From contig CAZUOJ010000004.1 in NCBI GenBank assembly GCA_964622325.1, positions 1,561 to 65,560 of the forward strand: DNA of 64,000 nt, given 5' to 3'. Source of the DNA: an uncultured Armatimonadia bacterium. Lineage in GTDB: Bacteria; Armatimonadota; Zipacnadia; Zipacnadales; UBA11051. The notes beneath the pieces are model-generated. The model saw nothing but the letters and a program-made list of their open reading frames with translations, did no database searches and was not told the origin of the DNA. The position numbers and the translations under genes are program-made. This document shows positions 1-10,253 of this stretch, piece by piece; position 1 is the first letter of the stretch; every line of letters starts with the position of its first letter.

Positions 1-675
1 TGTCTTTCTATTTAAGCTTCGCATAACATCTAAAATGCGTGAAAAAACTTTCTCTTTTCTGGGAACATGTAATTGTTCAGCTAACGCTAACACAATATCT
101 GGCATATAGGCTCGGGCTTCTTCAACTGTTAATGTATCTGCCTTTTTGGCGCGCAGCCAGGCTTTTTTGCGTCGCCGCAGCACTGCGTATTGTTCGGGAG
201 ACAAAAACAGGGCACAGGCATAATCTTCCCGTTCTAAGCCCACTTTCTTTTGGAGCAGACGCGTCAGGACGGCCCATAATAAAGCAAAAAAGGCCATACA
301 GATAAGAAGAGGACGAAGAAAAAGCGTGAAAAAATCGCCCGCATATGGCTCTGGACGCAAGATAATCAAAATAAGCCAGGCCAATATGCCAGGCGGCAAG
401 CTGAGCAGCCAGCCCGCTTCCAGAATCCGCAGAGGCTCGGCGGGATTATGCTGTTCCAGCAGAGCCTTTCCGCCGAGAACAGAAGCAAGGCTCATCGCTC
501 CCCCTAAAAACCCCAAAAATGCCACGCCCTCCGCCAGCGACAATACAGGCCCTGCCAGCGGCTGGACAATGGCAAGCCATAGCCCTAGCGCGGCGCTGGC
601 AAATATGCTGAGCAAGGGCACTAGCAGCCAGACGAATACAAATGATTTAGCTCTAGCAGCGTACAATTCTGACAA
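1..675 (-). CDS. Hypothetical membrane protein, 3' partial (C-terminus lies beyond the window start)
   Basis: By hand translation, the minus strand is open from about 684 (TAG boundary at 685-687) down to position 1 with no stop. It encodes hydrophobic, TM-like segments (LVPLLSIFASAALGLWLAIVQPLAGPVLSLAEGVAFLGFLGGA, LLICMAFFALLWAVL) followed by a soluble region. Candidate start is TTG at 675 or ATG at 495. The plus-strand ORFs 39..305 and 326..688 in the track are antisense to this reading frame and look spurious. Confidence 0.4.
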   Translation of the reverse strand, partial: MSELYAARAKSFVFVWLLVPLLSIFASAALGLWLAIVQPLAGPVLSLAEGVAFLGFLGGAMSLASVLGGKALLEQHNPAEPLRILEAGWLLSLPPGILAWLILIILRPEPYAGDFFTLFLRPLLICMAFFALLWAVLTRLLQKKVGLEREDYACALFLSPEQYAVLRRRKKAWLRAKKADTLTVEEARAYMPDIVLALAEQLHVPRKEKVFSRILDVMRSLNRKT

Positions 676-747
676 AATGATTTCCTAAATTAGAGCCTAA
701 AACTTCTAGCGAATATTCTGCGGCGTATTGTGCACACATCGGCGGAT

Positions 748-1746
748 TTATATCCAATTCCAGGCGCGCGCCGGCGCTGCGCTGTTGGGCTGATTGAGCC
801 ACGGCCGATAAATGTATTCCTCTGTAAACTCCGTCAACCGATTCACATCTTCCGGCTCCAATTTAATATCTGTACATTCCATTAAGGGATCCAGATGCTC
901 GGCCCGGCTGCCGCCCACAATAGGAATAAACAGAGGCGAACGATGCAAAATCCACGCTGTCGCCAGCTGCCCCCATGTGACATTATATTTAGAGCATATC
1001 TCCTCCATCAGATCATGCAGGGCGAAGAGCTTTTCCGCCCACTCTGGCTTAGCGGAGCCGAACATATAGCGCGACACATTTTCGGGCAGGCCTGTTTGCC
1101 GCGTATATTTGCCGGCTAAGAGGCCGCGGGCTTGCGGCCCATAGCTTTGCAACATCAAATTAAAGCGTTCCGCCATCGGAAGCGTTTCCATTTCGCAGAT
1201 ACGATTAATCAGACTATAGGAAACTTGTACAGAAATGGGCGGCTCCCAGCCATTTTTTGCGCATATCCCCAGGCAATACGCGACTTGCCAGGCATAGGCA
1301 TTGCACATGGCGATGTAACGAATCTTGCCCTGCTTGACAAGATTATCCAGTGTGGAATATGTTTCTTCAAATGATGTCAGGGGATCTGGATGATGACACA
1401 TATAAATGTCAATGTAATCCGTCTGCAATTTGCGCAGGCTGGCTTCTAAGGCCTTGATGATGTGATGGCGAGAACAATTGGCGCCGCGGCGCCGGCCTGC
1501 ATATTCGCTGGCATAGACTTTTGTGGAGATTATGACATGCTCGCGAATTCCCTTGAGAGCTTTTCCCAGAAATTCCTCGCTCTCTTTGTAGGAATCAGCT
1601 GTATCAATGAAATTGCAGCCTTTGTCATAACAGCGGCGCACAAGATCAATAGCTTCTTTTTCTTCCATTGTGTTGGGGAATGTCATCGCCCCCAAACAAA
1701 TGCGAGAGACTTCGATGCCCGCATTGCCATATTTAATATATTCCAT
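748..1746 (-). CDS. Aldo/keto reductase family oxidoreductase
   Basis: N-terminus MEYIKYGNAGIEVSRICLGAMTF matches the AKR signature. Likely start is ATG at 1746 with an AAGGAGG Shine-Dalgarno 8 nt upstream; the track ORF starts further upstream at 1767. Confidence 0.85.
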   Translation of the reverse strand: MEYIKYGNAGIEVSRICLGAMTFPNTMEEKEAIDLVRRCYDKGCNFIDTADSYKESEEFLGKALKGIREHVIISTKVYASEYAGRRRGANCSRHHIIKALEASLRKLQTDYIDIYMCHHPDPLTSFEETYSTLDNLVKQGKIRYIAMCNAYAWQVAYCLGICAKNGWEPPISVQVSYSLINRICEMETLPMAERFNLMLQSYGPQARGLLAGKYTRQTGLPENVSRYMFGSAKPEWAEKLFALHDLMEEICSKYNVTWGQLATAWILHRSPLFIPIVGGSRAEHLDPLMECTDIKLEPEDVNRLTEFTEEYIYRPWLNQPNSAAPARAWNWI

Positions 1747-1901
1747 TTGCGCGCCTCCTTTCTTCATTCATGTCAAACAATTTTACTCTTAAATTCTTTG
1801 AGAACGCAATGTCCCTTTCTCGCCCAGCCGCAAATTACATTAACACACAGGAAAATAAGAATCAAAAAAAGAATCCTAAAATATAAAAGGAGGCGATAAG
1901 G

Positions 1902-2342
1902 ATGTCTGAAGTTCCCGATCGTGTGCGCGCCGTGATGCAAGCTGTGAATAATCTCCATATTTTGGCGACTGTGGATGCAACGGGACGACCGCAAATGCGC
2001 TGGATGGGCGCCCTTGTGGAGGATCCGCAAAAGCCCTGGACATTTTATCTCGTGTGCGGCAAAAATTCCCGCAAGATGCAACAAATTGCCCAGAATCCTC
2101 ACGCCCAGCTTTTGTTTACAAAACAAGAGGATTGGCAAGTGGCGACGCTTTCCGGGCGCGCCGAAGCTGTCGATACGCCCGAATTGCGAAAAAAGCTCTG
2201 GGAAGCGATCCCAGCGATTTCTCAATATTTTAGCGGCCCAGACGATCCCAATTTGGGCATTATCCAATTTACGACACAATGTATGGAGCTCCTGGCAATG
2301 CACGAATCGCATGAGCCCTATTGCTTTGAGCTTCCAGCCTAA
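1902..2342 (+). CDS. Pyridoxamine 5'-phosphate oxidase-like FMN-binding protein (general stress protein 26 family)
   Basis: 146 aa with a PNPOx-like split-barrel pattern (ATVDATGRPQMRW, WTFYLVCGKNSRK). AAAGGAGG lies 6 nt upstream of the ATG. Confidence 0.7.
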   Translation: MSEVPDRVRAVMQAVNNLHILATVDATGRPQMRWMGALVEDPQKPWTFYLVCGKNSRKMQQIAQNPHAQLLFTKQEDWQVATLSGRAEAVDTPELRKKLWEAIPAISQYFSGPDDPNLGIIQFTTQCMELLAMHESHEPYCFELPA

Positions 2343-2543
2343 TGATTGCCTGAGGCAGAGGCGTCCTCAGGCTAAGCGCGGCTATTGCAAAATGGCTTAA
2401 ATTAGAAAGCCATCCGCTCCCAGGGGCATATGGATAAGCTGCAGCCCTTTGAGAAATAAAAGCCTGGCATATTATGATATCGCCGAGGGGCTTGCCCAAA
2501 GGCAGCTTCTCGGCTCACTTTTTGTTGTTGTTGTGAGCTTAAC

Positions 2544-4685
2544 ATGGAGCCATATATCCACAATCAACAGGAAAAAGAGGCCTCTATAGCCGCTCAGGCG
2601 TCCCTCGCTCAGCCGCAAGCACTGAGCAAAAATCTCGGGCGGGGAGACGAGCGAGGCATCAGCTGGCGCATTATTCTCATTGCTTTTTTGCTGGCGCCGC
2701 TCAATGCCTATTTTATGGCCTATCTATTGGGGCCCCGGGGCGTAGAGGATCCGACTGTTGTCGCTTTGTTCTGGAATGTCGTATTTATGCTGGCTATATT
2801 CCGCCTGCTGAACGCGGCTTTGCAACGATGGGCGCCACATCTGGCTTTTTCTCCGGCAGAGCTCATTGCTTTTTTCATATTAATGTCTGTGGCAACAACA
2901 GCGGGCGGCCTGGATACGATGAAAACAACATTTGCGACAATGCAGGGGCCCGCGTATTTTGCCTCGGAAGTCAATCATTGGGAAGATTTATTCTTTCGGC
3001 AGCTCCCCCGCTCCATGACTGTTAATGATTTGCCGGCGCTGGAGCGTTTATGGGAAGGCGGCCATTCATTTTGGGAGCCGCGCAACTGGCAGCCCTGGCT
3101 GGGGCCTGTCTTCCGCTGGTGGCTGCTTTACACCTGTCTTTGGGCTGCGCCGGCAGGATTAGCTGTCCTCCTGCGGAAACGCTGGATGGAGCAGGAGCGC
3201 ATGAGCTTTCCGATTGTGCAATTGCCTTTTGAAATGTCGCAACGACAAGGGCGTGCGTTCCAGCATTGGGCGTTTTATGCTGCGGCGGCGCTTGTGGCCG
3301 GCATTAATCTGCTCAATGGCCTGCATGAATTTTATCCCTCCTTGCCGCAAGCGGCCATCAAAATCGGCCAGAGCGAGACCTTCAATCTCGCTCGTTTTTT
3401 CCCCACACGGCCCTGGAATGCTGTGGGGCGTTTTCATATGTGTTTTTATCCTTTCGTAGTGGGCCTGGGCTTGCTTTTGCCTACAGAGCTTTCGTTATCT
3501 CTATGGATTTTCTATCTGTTTTGGAAGCTGGAAGCTGTAGCTGTCACATGGCTGGGCCTGACAAATATTCGCGAATTTCCGTATATGAAGGAACAATCTT
3601 TTGGCGGCTATCTGGCGATTTTGGGCTTTTCCCTGTGGGCAGGGCGGCGCACATGGGCTGGCGTATGGCAGAGGATTTTGCAGGGGCCCAGCCGATGTGA
3701 CAAATCCGCTACGCCTTCCTGTCTGTCTGAACACGCCGGCGGCATCCCACAGCCTGATGAGGAAAAGCAAGCGCCTGGCAAGGCGCAGAAAAAGGCGTTG
3801 GAGATGAAAGCCGAAGACGATTCTGGGGAAGCCATGTCCTATCGGGCGGCGTTTTTGTTATTTCTGGCGATGTTTGCTGCCGTTGTAGCGATAGGGATTT
3901 CCATCCGTATGTCATGGGCTGTAGCGCTGGCGTTCTTCGTGCAATATTATGCCATGACAATTATTGTGGGGCGCATTCGCGCGGAAATGGGCTTGCCAAC
4001 ACATGAGCTGGAGCGCCTGGGGCCTACTGTCATGCAGGGCAATATCCTGGGGCCTCGCCTTCTGGGCGTGCAAAATCTCACTTCGCTGTCGTTATTTTTC
4101 AGCTTCACACGCGGCCTGCGCAATATCCCCTTCCCCTTGCAATTAGAAGGGCTTTATTTAGCGCAAAACACGGGCGCCAGCGGGCGGCGGCTGCTTCTGG
4201 CCACATTGGCAATGATTCCTTTTGCCGTAGCGCTGTCATTTGTGATGACGCTGGCGCTGGGCTATCATCATGGCCTGGGCGTCAATTGGGCGCGCTGGAT
4301 GCCCTGGTCGTGCCAGGAAGCCTGGAATCAGCTTGCGGATTGGCTCAATCGCAATGAGGGCTTTCATCTGGGGCGTGTGCTGGCGAGTCTAGTGGGCTTT
4401 GGCGTGTATTTTGGGATGATGCTTTTGCGCACGCGCTGGATGGGCTGGCCGCTGCATCCAGCGGGCTTCGCTTTATCTACAACATGGTATATGGCGCATA
4501 TGTGGTTTCCCATGTGCCTCGCCTGGCTCCTCAAAACAATCACATTGCGCTATGCGGGCGGAAAAGCGATGCGCGCTCTGCGGGCGGCGGCTTTTGGATT
4601 GATTTTGTCGGATGTCATCACAGGCTCGCTCTGGATTTTATATGGCCTGTTTACGGGAACAAAGACATATTCTTTCTGGCCCTGA
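2544..4685 (+). CDS. Polytopic integral membrane protein of unknown function
   Basis: 713 aa with at least 12 hydrophobic segments, a Trp-rich composition and a charged insert (EEKQAPGKAQKKALEMKAEDD). No recognisable catalytic motif. Confidence 0.55.
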   Translation: MEPYIHNQQEKEASIAAQASLAQPQALSKNLGRGDERGISWRIILIAFLLAPLNAYFMAYLLGPRGVEDPTVVALFWNVVFMLAIFRLLNAALQRWAPHLAFSPAELIAFFILMSVATTAGGLDTMKTTFATMQGPAYFASEVNHWEDLFFRQLPRSMTVNDLPALERLWEGGHSFWEPRNWQPWLGPVFRWWLLYTCLWAAPAGLAVLLRKRWMEQERMSFPIVQLPFEMSQRQGRAFQHWAFYAAAALVAGINLLNGLHEFYPSLPQAAIKIGQSETFNLARFFPTRPWNAVGRFHMCFYPFVVGLGLLLPTELSLSLWIFYLFWKLEAVAVTWLGLTNIREFPYMKEQSFGGYLAILGFSLWAGRRTWAGVWQRILQGPSRCDKSATPSCLSEHAGGIPQPDEEKQAPGKAQKKALEMKAEDDSGEAMSYRAAFLLFLAMFAAVVAIGISIRMSWAVALAFFVQYYAMTIIVGRIRAEMGLPTHELERLGPTVMQGNILGPRLLGVQNLTSLSLFFSFTRGLRNIPFPLQLEGLYLAQNTGASGRRLLLATLAMIPFAVALSFVMTLALGYHHGLGVNWARWMPWSCQEAWNQLADWLNRNEGFHLGRVLASLVGFGVYFGMMLLRTRWMGWPLHPAGFALSTTWYMAHMWFPMCLAWLLKTITLRYAGGKAMRALRAAAFGLILSDVITGSLWILYGLFTGTKTYSFWP

Positions 4686-4795
4686 GGAGCAAAAAATTAT
4701 CTGTGTGCGGCTGCCAAGGCTCCCCAAGCTTTTATTGAGCAGCCGGATTTTTTCTGCGCCTGGCCCGCAATAGGGAGAGCTTCTTTTTTTGCTTT

Positions 4796-7700
4796 TTAAC
4801 GAAAATAGACGAAACGCTCGGGGGGCGGCCCCACGATAGCTCTGTTATTGCCCTCATAAATTTCGGGAATATCATTTTCGGGATCCAGGACAATTTGGAA
4901 AGGCGGCTGTCCGGCCGCCTGAACACATATTGTCGCTGTTTTGGGCCGGACATCGGCAGGAGCTTCCAGCCGGGGAATAATGTGCTTTTCCAGAAGACGG
5001 CCTTTTTTATCCATCACACACACAAGGATATTTTCTGCCGGCGCAGCGCCAATATTGTGAATCGTAAGCCGCCAGCTCTTTTCCCCTATCTTCTCAATGT
5101 CTTCTGGACAAATAGCTAAATCAGCGCGTGATTCCAGGGGATCCAGCTTTTGTTTTTGTGTGATATGTACGACATATGTCTGGCGCGCTGGCAGCAATAA
5201 GGGAATCAGGGCATAGCGTCCCAGCTCCATTAGGCGGCGTTGCGGCCTGTCAGCTGTATCATCCTTGTTGGCATCTGCGCCCCCGGAGACTTCATACAGG
5301 CCATGCTCCAGCTTCCACACGCGCATGCCCAAAGGCAAAGGCCTGTCGTGAAAATTGTAAAGCAGGACTTTAAGCGCTGTAAAATCATTTTGCAGGACGA
5401 AAGCAGCAAAATCTGTGCCGCCCTTTTCCCAGGACACGCCCAGCCGGGGCACATGCGTTTTGCCCGCACAATCGCCGCCCAAAAACATATAACGCAAAAG
5501 CGTTGTCCCCGGCACAGGGATGCGATCTGTGTAAGGCTCGGCTTCTGTAAGCAGCCAGCGCCAGCGCTCGAATTCGGCTGCTATTTCCTGCAAGCAGGCG
5601 ACTAGATATTCGCGTTTTCCTGTGGCCATCGTTGCCCGCCACATTGTCAGCTCATCGCCAGCGCCTCGCCATGTTTTGTCCAGGCTTTCTGGCCGGGCGG
5701 GATCGCCCGCTGGAGGATGGGCATAGCGTTGTAAATTAGCCTCTGCCGCGGAAACAGCCGCCTCAAGGGGCGGCAACAGCATATCCACGACATTTTGCAA
5801 CGCGGGATCACGCGTCAGTTCCTGCGCGCCAAACAAAAAATTTTTCATCACATAATCGCCATAGGAATAATATACGCTTTGATTCCATTTATCCGTGTAC
5901 GGCGCGATAGCGCCTGTTTTAAAATGCACATCACAGGGCAAAGCCCCGACAGGCTTGCCTTTTTCTGTGCTCAGAGCCACTGCGCTCCAGGCCTGTTGAT
6001 ATTCATAAATCCAGCCCAGGGGCTGCGGATTGCGGCAATACCAGGAAAGATGCGTGGCGCCGCACAGGGCCAGAGCGCAATACAGATGATCAATATCGTA
6101 AGGCGGCTCCGTCTTAATCATCTTTGTATTGAACATGTAGGAGCGGAAATGCCGCCGCCCCTGTTCATTTATGCCTGTCCAGAAGGGAATATGCTCGCTC
6201 ATTTTCATCATCCGCTCCACATGGACAGGATGGCCATATTCGCATAAGAGCATTTGGGGGAGGCTGCAACTGGAATCTTCTGCGGCGTGCTCCACATCCA
6301 TGGCACTGATCGCATAGCCCGAGCCGCGGCTCTGCTCCCACACAGCATCGGCAATGGCGCGCAAGGCGCGCCGATAGCGCTCATCGCCTGTGATTAAATA
6401 AGCCAGGGGCCAATGGCATGTGTATTCCACATCATCATTCAGCCCGCCGCCTAATTCGCCATTCGGGATCCAGCGATGTGTAAGCCACCAATCGGCAATG
6501 CGGGCCCATTCGCGGGCACAATGGCGGCCCCACACAGCCCAGGCAGGCGCGCCCGGGGGGCTTTCCGCTTTTACGGACACAGGCCAATAACGCCGCGCCA
6601 TTCGTCGCTGAATGAGCAAAGCAGGCCTGTTATCCGGATCTAAAGATAACATCCGTTCTGTAAGGCGATACAAAATCATATTCTGATAAGGCAGGCTGTC
6701 ATAGGCATGGGCTTCCGATTCGGCGGAATACAGGCGGCGCATCAAGCGCTCCAAACGGGGCGCATATTCGGGCAGCGCTTTCTGGGCGGAACATGTTTCA
6801 ATGGCTATTTTCACATCAGCCGAATGAATTGTGAAATCCTTTTCGGCGCGCAATGTCAGCCACAATTTTTCTTGAGGCGGCAGGAGAATGTCAGGCATAT
6901 CGATTGTAAATGTCAGCCCCTGAGGCTTCATAGGAATGAGCAGCCGACACATCGCCGCATAGGAGCGAGGAGACATCGCCGCGGCTTCTTTAAGCTGGCG
7001 ATCAGCCGCTTCCGCATAGGGAATATTCAAATCCAATTCTTCTGGCAGCTTCAGACAAATTTCTACAACAGAATTAGGCCAAAAGCCCTGGCCTGGCAAA
7101 TGTATTGTGACTGATTTTACGCCGATGGCTTCCATAGGCGCACTGACAGGGATATTCGCCCACAGATTCAGGCAACGGCCCGCCTGAATGGACACAGCCT
7201 CCACAGGCTTTCCCGGAGCCACAAGCGTTTGCCGATCGGCTTCCAGCGGATAGCATTTCTGAAGCTGGGCCTGTTCTTCGGATGAAAGTGCGCCCTCGCC
7301 GAAGGACAGCCATTGAGCTGTTGGGCGCAGGCCGGGCAAAACGCCAAAGGCCTGCATTTCATGGACAACAGCTGTGCGCTTGTCTGCCTCATATAGACGC
7401 AGCCGAACGCCAGAAAGAACTTGAGGCCGAATTTGAAGAGAATAAATGAGGCAATCTGTGCCCGAAATGTCTTTCAGCTTTGCACCTTCTATGCGGCGAT
7501 CTTGGGGCAGAGAAAATATTGCCGCGCGGCCTAAGCCTTCATCCGGACTCAGAGCATGAATAAGCAGCCACGAAATAGGCGTGGGCCTGCCAAAAATAAT
7601 ATCAAAATCACACACAGGCGGCCGAACGACAATTTCCTGGGCCCTTCCCGTCCAGGCGCCTGTATTGAGCAATCCGTCAATCGGCGCCTGGGCCGCCGGC

Positions 7701-8329
7701 GGGATCCGATAGGAGGCGAATGAATGAACATCCGCTAAATCAGCCACAATAATTGTTCTTCCATCCACATCAGCGAGCTCAGAAGCAGAGGGCCATTCTC
7801 GATAAACAATTTTGCGCATTGTCACATCGTCAAAATAAAACCAATCAGTGCCATTATACTCTCCAATGAGTCGGATAAGCACATCAACGGCTTCTTGGGG
7901 CGCCCGCAGGGCAATGCGGAAATGCTGCCACTCTTTGTAGGCAGATTTGCGGATAAATCCTCCGCTCACAAGACATGTTTGGCGTTTTGCATCCCGGAAA
8001 TATACTTTAATCCGCGGGATTTCTATTGTCTCAGGATTTTCTGAGCGTACATATCCTTCTACAATGTAATAGCCATTCGGCTCTACGGGAACAATTTGCG
8101 CCGCGCTGTCATCAAATCTCACACGGGCAAAATGGCGCCCACTATGGGCTAATTGAGCATCGCTTATAAGCCGGCCTTGCCCGGCAAAACTCCAGGCTAC
8201 GGGCTTTCCTGTTTCATCTATCTCTTCAAATCCAGAATTGCGCAGCAGATTAGGCTCTGGCTGTGCCCCCGCCAGTGCAGCCAGAATCAAATATGTTATG
8301 AGCAGAATGCTCAGCCATCGCATTTGCAA
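4796..8329 (-). CDS. Large secreted protein (1177 aa) with N-terminal CBM4/9-like carbohydrate-binding module; paralog of the 1598 aa protein
   Basis: Signal peptide MQMRWLSILLITYLILAALAGA. NLLRNSGFEE...HSG...DDV carbohydrate-binding-domain-like start. Central motif WPLAYLITGDERY is shared with the 10254..15038 protein. Confidence 0.7.
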   Translation of the reverse strand: MQMRWLSILLITYLILAALAGAQPEPNLLRNSGFEEIDETGKPVAWSFAGQGRLISDAQLAHSGRHFARVRFDDSAAQIVPVEPNGYYIVEGYVRSENPETIEIPRIKVYFRDAKRQTCLVSGGFIRKSAYKEWQHFRIALRAPQEAVDVLIRLIGEYNGTDWFYFDDVTMRKIVYREWPSASELADVDGRTIIVADLADVHSFASYRIPPAAQAPIDGLLNTGAWTGRAQEIVVRPPVCDFDIIFGRPTPISWLLIHALSPDEGLGRAAIFSLPQDRRIEGAKLKDISGTDCLIYSLQIRPQVLSGVRLRLYEADKRTAVVHEMQAFGVLPGLRPTAQWLSFGEGALSSEEQAQLQKCYPLEADRQTLVAPGKPVEAVSIQAGRCLNLWANIPVSAPMEAIGVKSVTIHLPGQGFWPNSVVEICLKLPEELDLNIPYAEAADRQLKEAAAMSPRSYAAMCRLLIPMKPQGLTFTIDMPDILLPPQEKLWLTLRAEKDFTIHSADVKIAIETCSAQKALPEYAPRLERLMRRLYSAESEAHAYDSLPYQNMILYRLTERMLSLDPDNRPALLIQRRMARRYWPVSVKAESPPGAPAWAVWGRHCAREWARIADWWLTHRWIPNGELGGGLNDDVEYTCHWPLAYLITGDERYRRALRAIADAVWEQSRGSGYAISAMDVEHAAEDSSCSLPQMLLCEYGHPVHVERMMKMSEHIPFWTGINEQGRRHFRSYMFNTKMIKTEPPYDIDHLYCALALCGATHLSWYCRNPQPLGWIYEYQQAWSAVALSTEKGKPVGALPCDVHFKTGAIAPYTDKWNQSVYYSYGDYVMKNFLFGAQELTRDPALQNVVDMLLPPLEAAVSAAEANLQRYAHPPAGDPARPESLDKTWRGAGDELTMWRATMATGKREYLVACLQEIAAEFERWRWLLTEAEPYTDRIPVPGTTLLRYMFLGGDCAGKTHVPRLGVSWEKGGTDFAAFVLQNDFTALKVLLYNFHDRPLPLGMRVWKLEHGLYEVSGGADANKDDTADRPQRRLMELGRYALIPLLLPARQTYVVHITQKQKLDPLESRADLAICPEDIEKIGEKSWRLTIHNIGAAPAENILVCVMDKKGRLLEKHIIPRLEAPADVRPKTATICVQAAGQPPFQIVLDPENDIPEIYEGNNRAIVGPPPERFVYFR

Positions 8330-8570
8330 TCCCTTCTTCCAATGAGCAGCTTAAAAAAACAACATTTCCGTTATGTCTGTTAATTCTAATTATCTCTCAA
8401 TTTTATATTCAACTTTTTATATAGGATTTTGTTTGTGCATGTCTTTCCCTTTTTAAAGGGCAGCTTTTTATGCTGTGTTTTGCCTTTATTCAAGGAATTA
8501 TTTTTGGGCAGGAATTTTTGCACATCAATTTCTGATGAAACACCAATAAAAGCTGAAGAGGAGATTTTAA

Positions 8571-10241
8571 ATGATATGGCCCAATATATGGGGCGGCGGA
8601 CAATTGTTTGCTTTTTCGGGGATAGACGGCCCCACAAGCTGGAAATATCCGTTTGTCGGGAGTTTGCTCGATGAGGCGCTGGCCATAGATTTCCATCAGG
8701 ATCCTCCTGTTATACTCGAAATTACTACAAATTCAGGCCAGACGCCCACGCTGCAGCCTGTATATATCCTAAATGATGTCTGTGCATTTGAAGAGGAGAC
8801 AATCAAAATAGCATACGCCGATTGCTTTACAATTGTGGGCGAACTTGTCGAGGGATTAGACGTGCAGCTTCGCGGGCAGCCAGACGAACTGGCTACGGCG
8901 GGAGGCTATTTTTGCTTGTGGCGAGACAAAAATCGTTTCGCTTTAGCGATGGATCCAGAAAATGGCGCGCAAGCTCGTCAACGCGCCCAGCAAGCAATAT
9001 ATGGACCTATAAATGAAATTATGCAGCAACGACGACAATTTGTTGAAGCGCTAAATACGAGCGCCTTGCCGGACTTCGTGGACGAAAGGACATATCGTAA
9101 GGCCGCCGCTATCTTAAAAGTCAACACAATGGCTCCTGAAGGCGCGATTCGGCGTCGCTGGACAACGCCAGATCGCTGGCCTCATCGACATATGTGGCTA
9201 TGGGATTCGTGCTTTCACGCGTTGGGCTGGCTCTGGATCGATCAGCAAATGGCAAAAGAGGCTGTGATGGCGATGATTGAGGCCATCCAGCCTGATTGCC
9301 TCATTCCCCTCTGCACTGCCCCGGAGCCTTTATCGTACAATATTTCCCAGCCGCCCCTTTTGGCATGGACTTCTTGGGAAATTTTTCGAGCTACACAGGA
9401 CAAGGATTTTTTGGAAAGCGTCTATGAGAGTCTTTCTGCTTATATCCATTGGTTCTGTCGGCATCGAAAACATCCTCCTCGTGGCCTTTTTGGCTATCAA
9501 AAAAATGAAGAGGACGCATTGTGTCATTGTGGCGAGTCGGGCTGGGATAATTCGCCACGATTTGATGAGCCGGGCGTAGATGATCATATCGATTTGAGCT
9601 GTCTAATTTGTAACGAAATGCAACATCTGGCTAAAATGGCGCAGCTTTTACAGCGTCCCGATGAAGCCTTTTCCTAGCAACAGGAAGCTGCTTTGTTAGC
9701 CGAGCGCATAAATGTTTATATGTGGGACGAACAAACGGGATTTTATTATGATGTCCGCGCCAATGGCCAACATATTCATTTAAAAACAGCCGCAGGCTTT
9801 TTGCCGCTCCTCGCTGGCATAACAGATACAAAACGCTGTGAGCGCTTGCTGGAACATTTGCACGATAAACGAGAATTTGCCACAGCTTTTCCTGTGCCGA
9901 CAGTGGCGGCTGATGAGCCTGCCTTCAGCGATGACATGTGGCGAGGACCGACATGGCTTAATGTCAATTATCTCATTTTCCGCGGCTTGCAACGCTATGG
10001 AAAAATTAATGAAGCGCGAGCGCTGGCAATGAGAACAATACAAGAAGTGCAGCGCTGGCAGGCAAAAACTGGCTCTGTTTATGAATTTTATGACGCTTTA
10101 GCGCAGACGGCGCCGCGGCTTTTACATCGCAAAGGCGGCATCGGCGCCCGAGGCGGCTATGGGATTGGCACAATTGCGGATTACAATTTCAGCGCCGCTG
10201 TCTATATCGCTTTATGCCATGAATTAAGCGAAGCTGAATAA
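8571..10241 (+). pseudogene. GH63-family (mannosyl-oligosaccharide glucosidase / YgjK-like, six-hairpin) glycoside hydrolase interrupted by a single in-frame TAG at 9675-9677
   Basis: ORFs 8571..9677 and 9693..10241 are in the same frame, separated only by TAG. The first part has HMWLWDSCFHALGW. The second part has MWRGPTWLNVNYLIF, which matches my recollection of the conserved GH63 C-terminal motif. Combined length would be about 555 aa. Confidence 0.6.
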
Positions 10242-10253
10242 TTGGAGGCAACG

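Noticed and set aside
39-688. Plus-strand ORFs 39..305 and 326..688 offered by the track
   Set aside because: Their translations are low-complexity (Ser/Pro/Arg/Ala-rich). They are antisense to a continuous, TM-helix-encoding minus-strand frame that runs off the window edge.
9675-9677. Pyrrolysine or programmed readthrough as the explanation for the in-frame TAG in the GH63 gene
   Set aside because: Not excluded, but no pyl genes or recoding signals are visible in the window. Pseudogene or sequencing error is far more parsimonious. It is reported only as an alternative under the finding.
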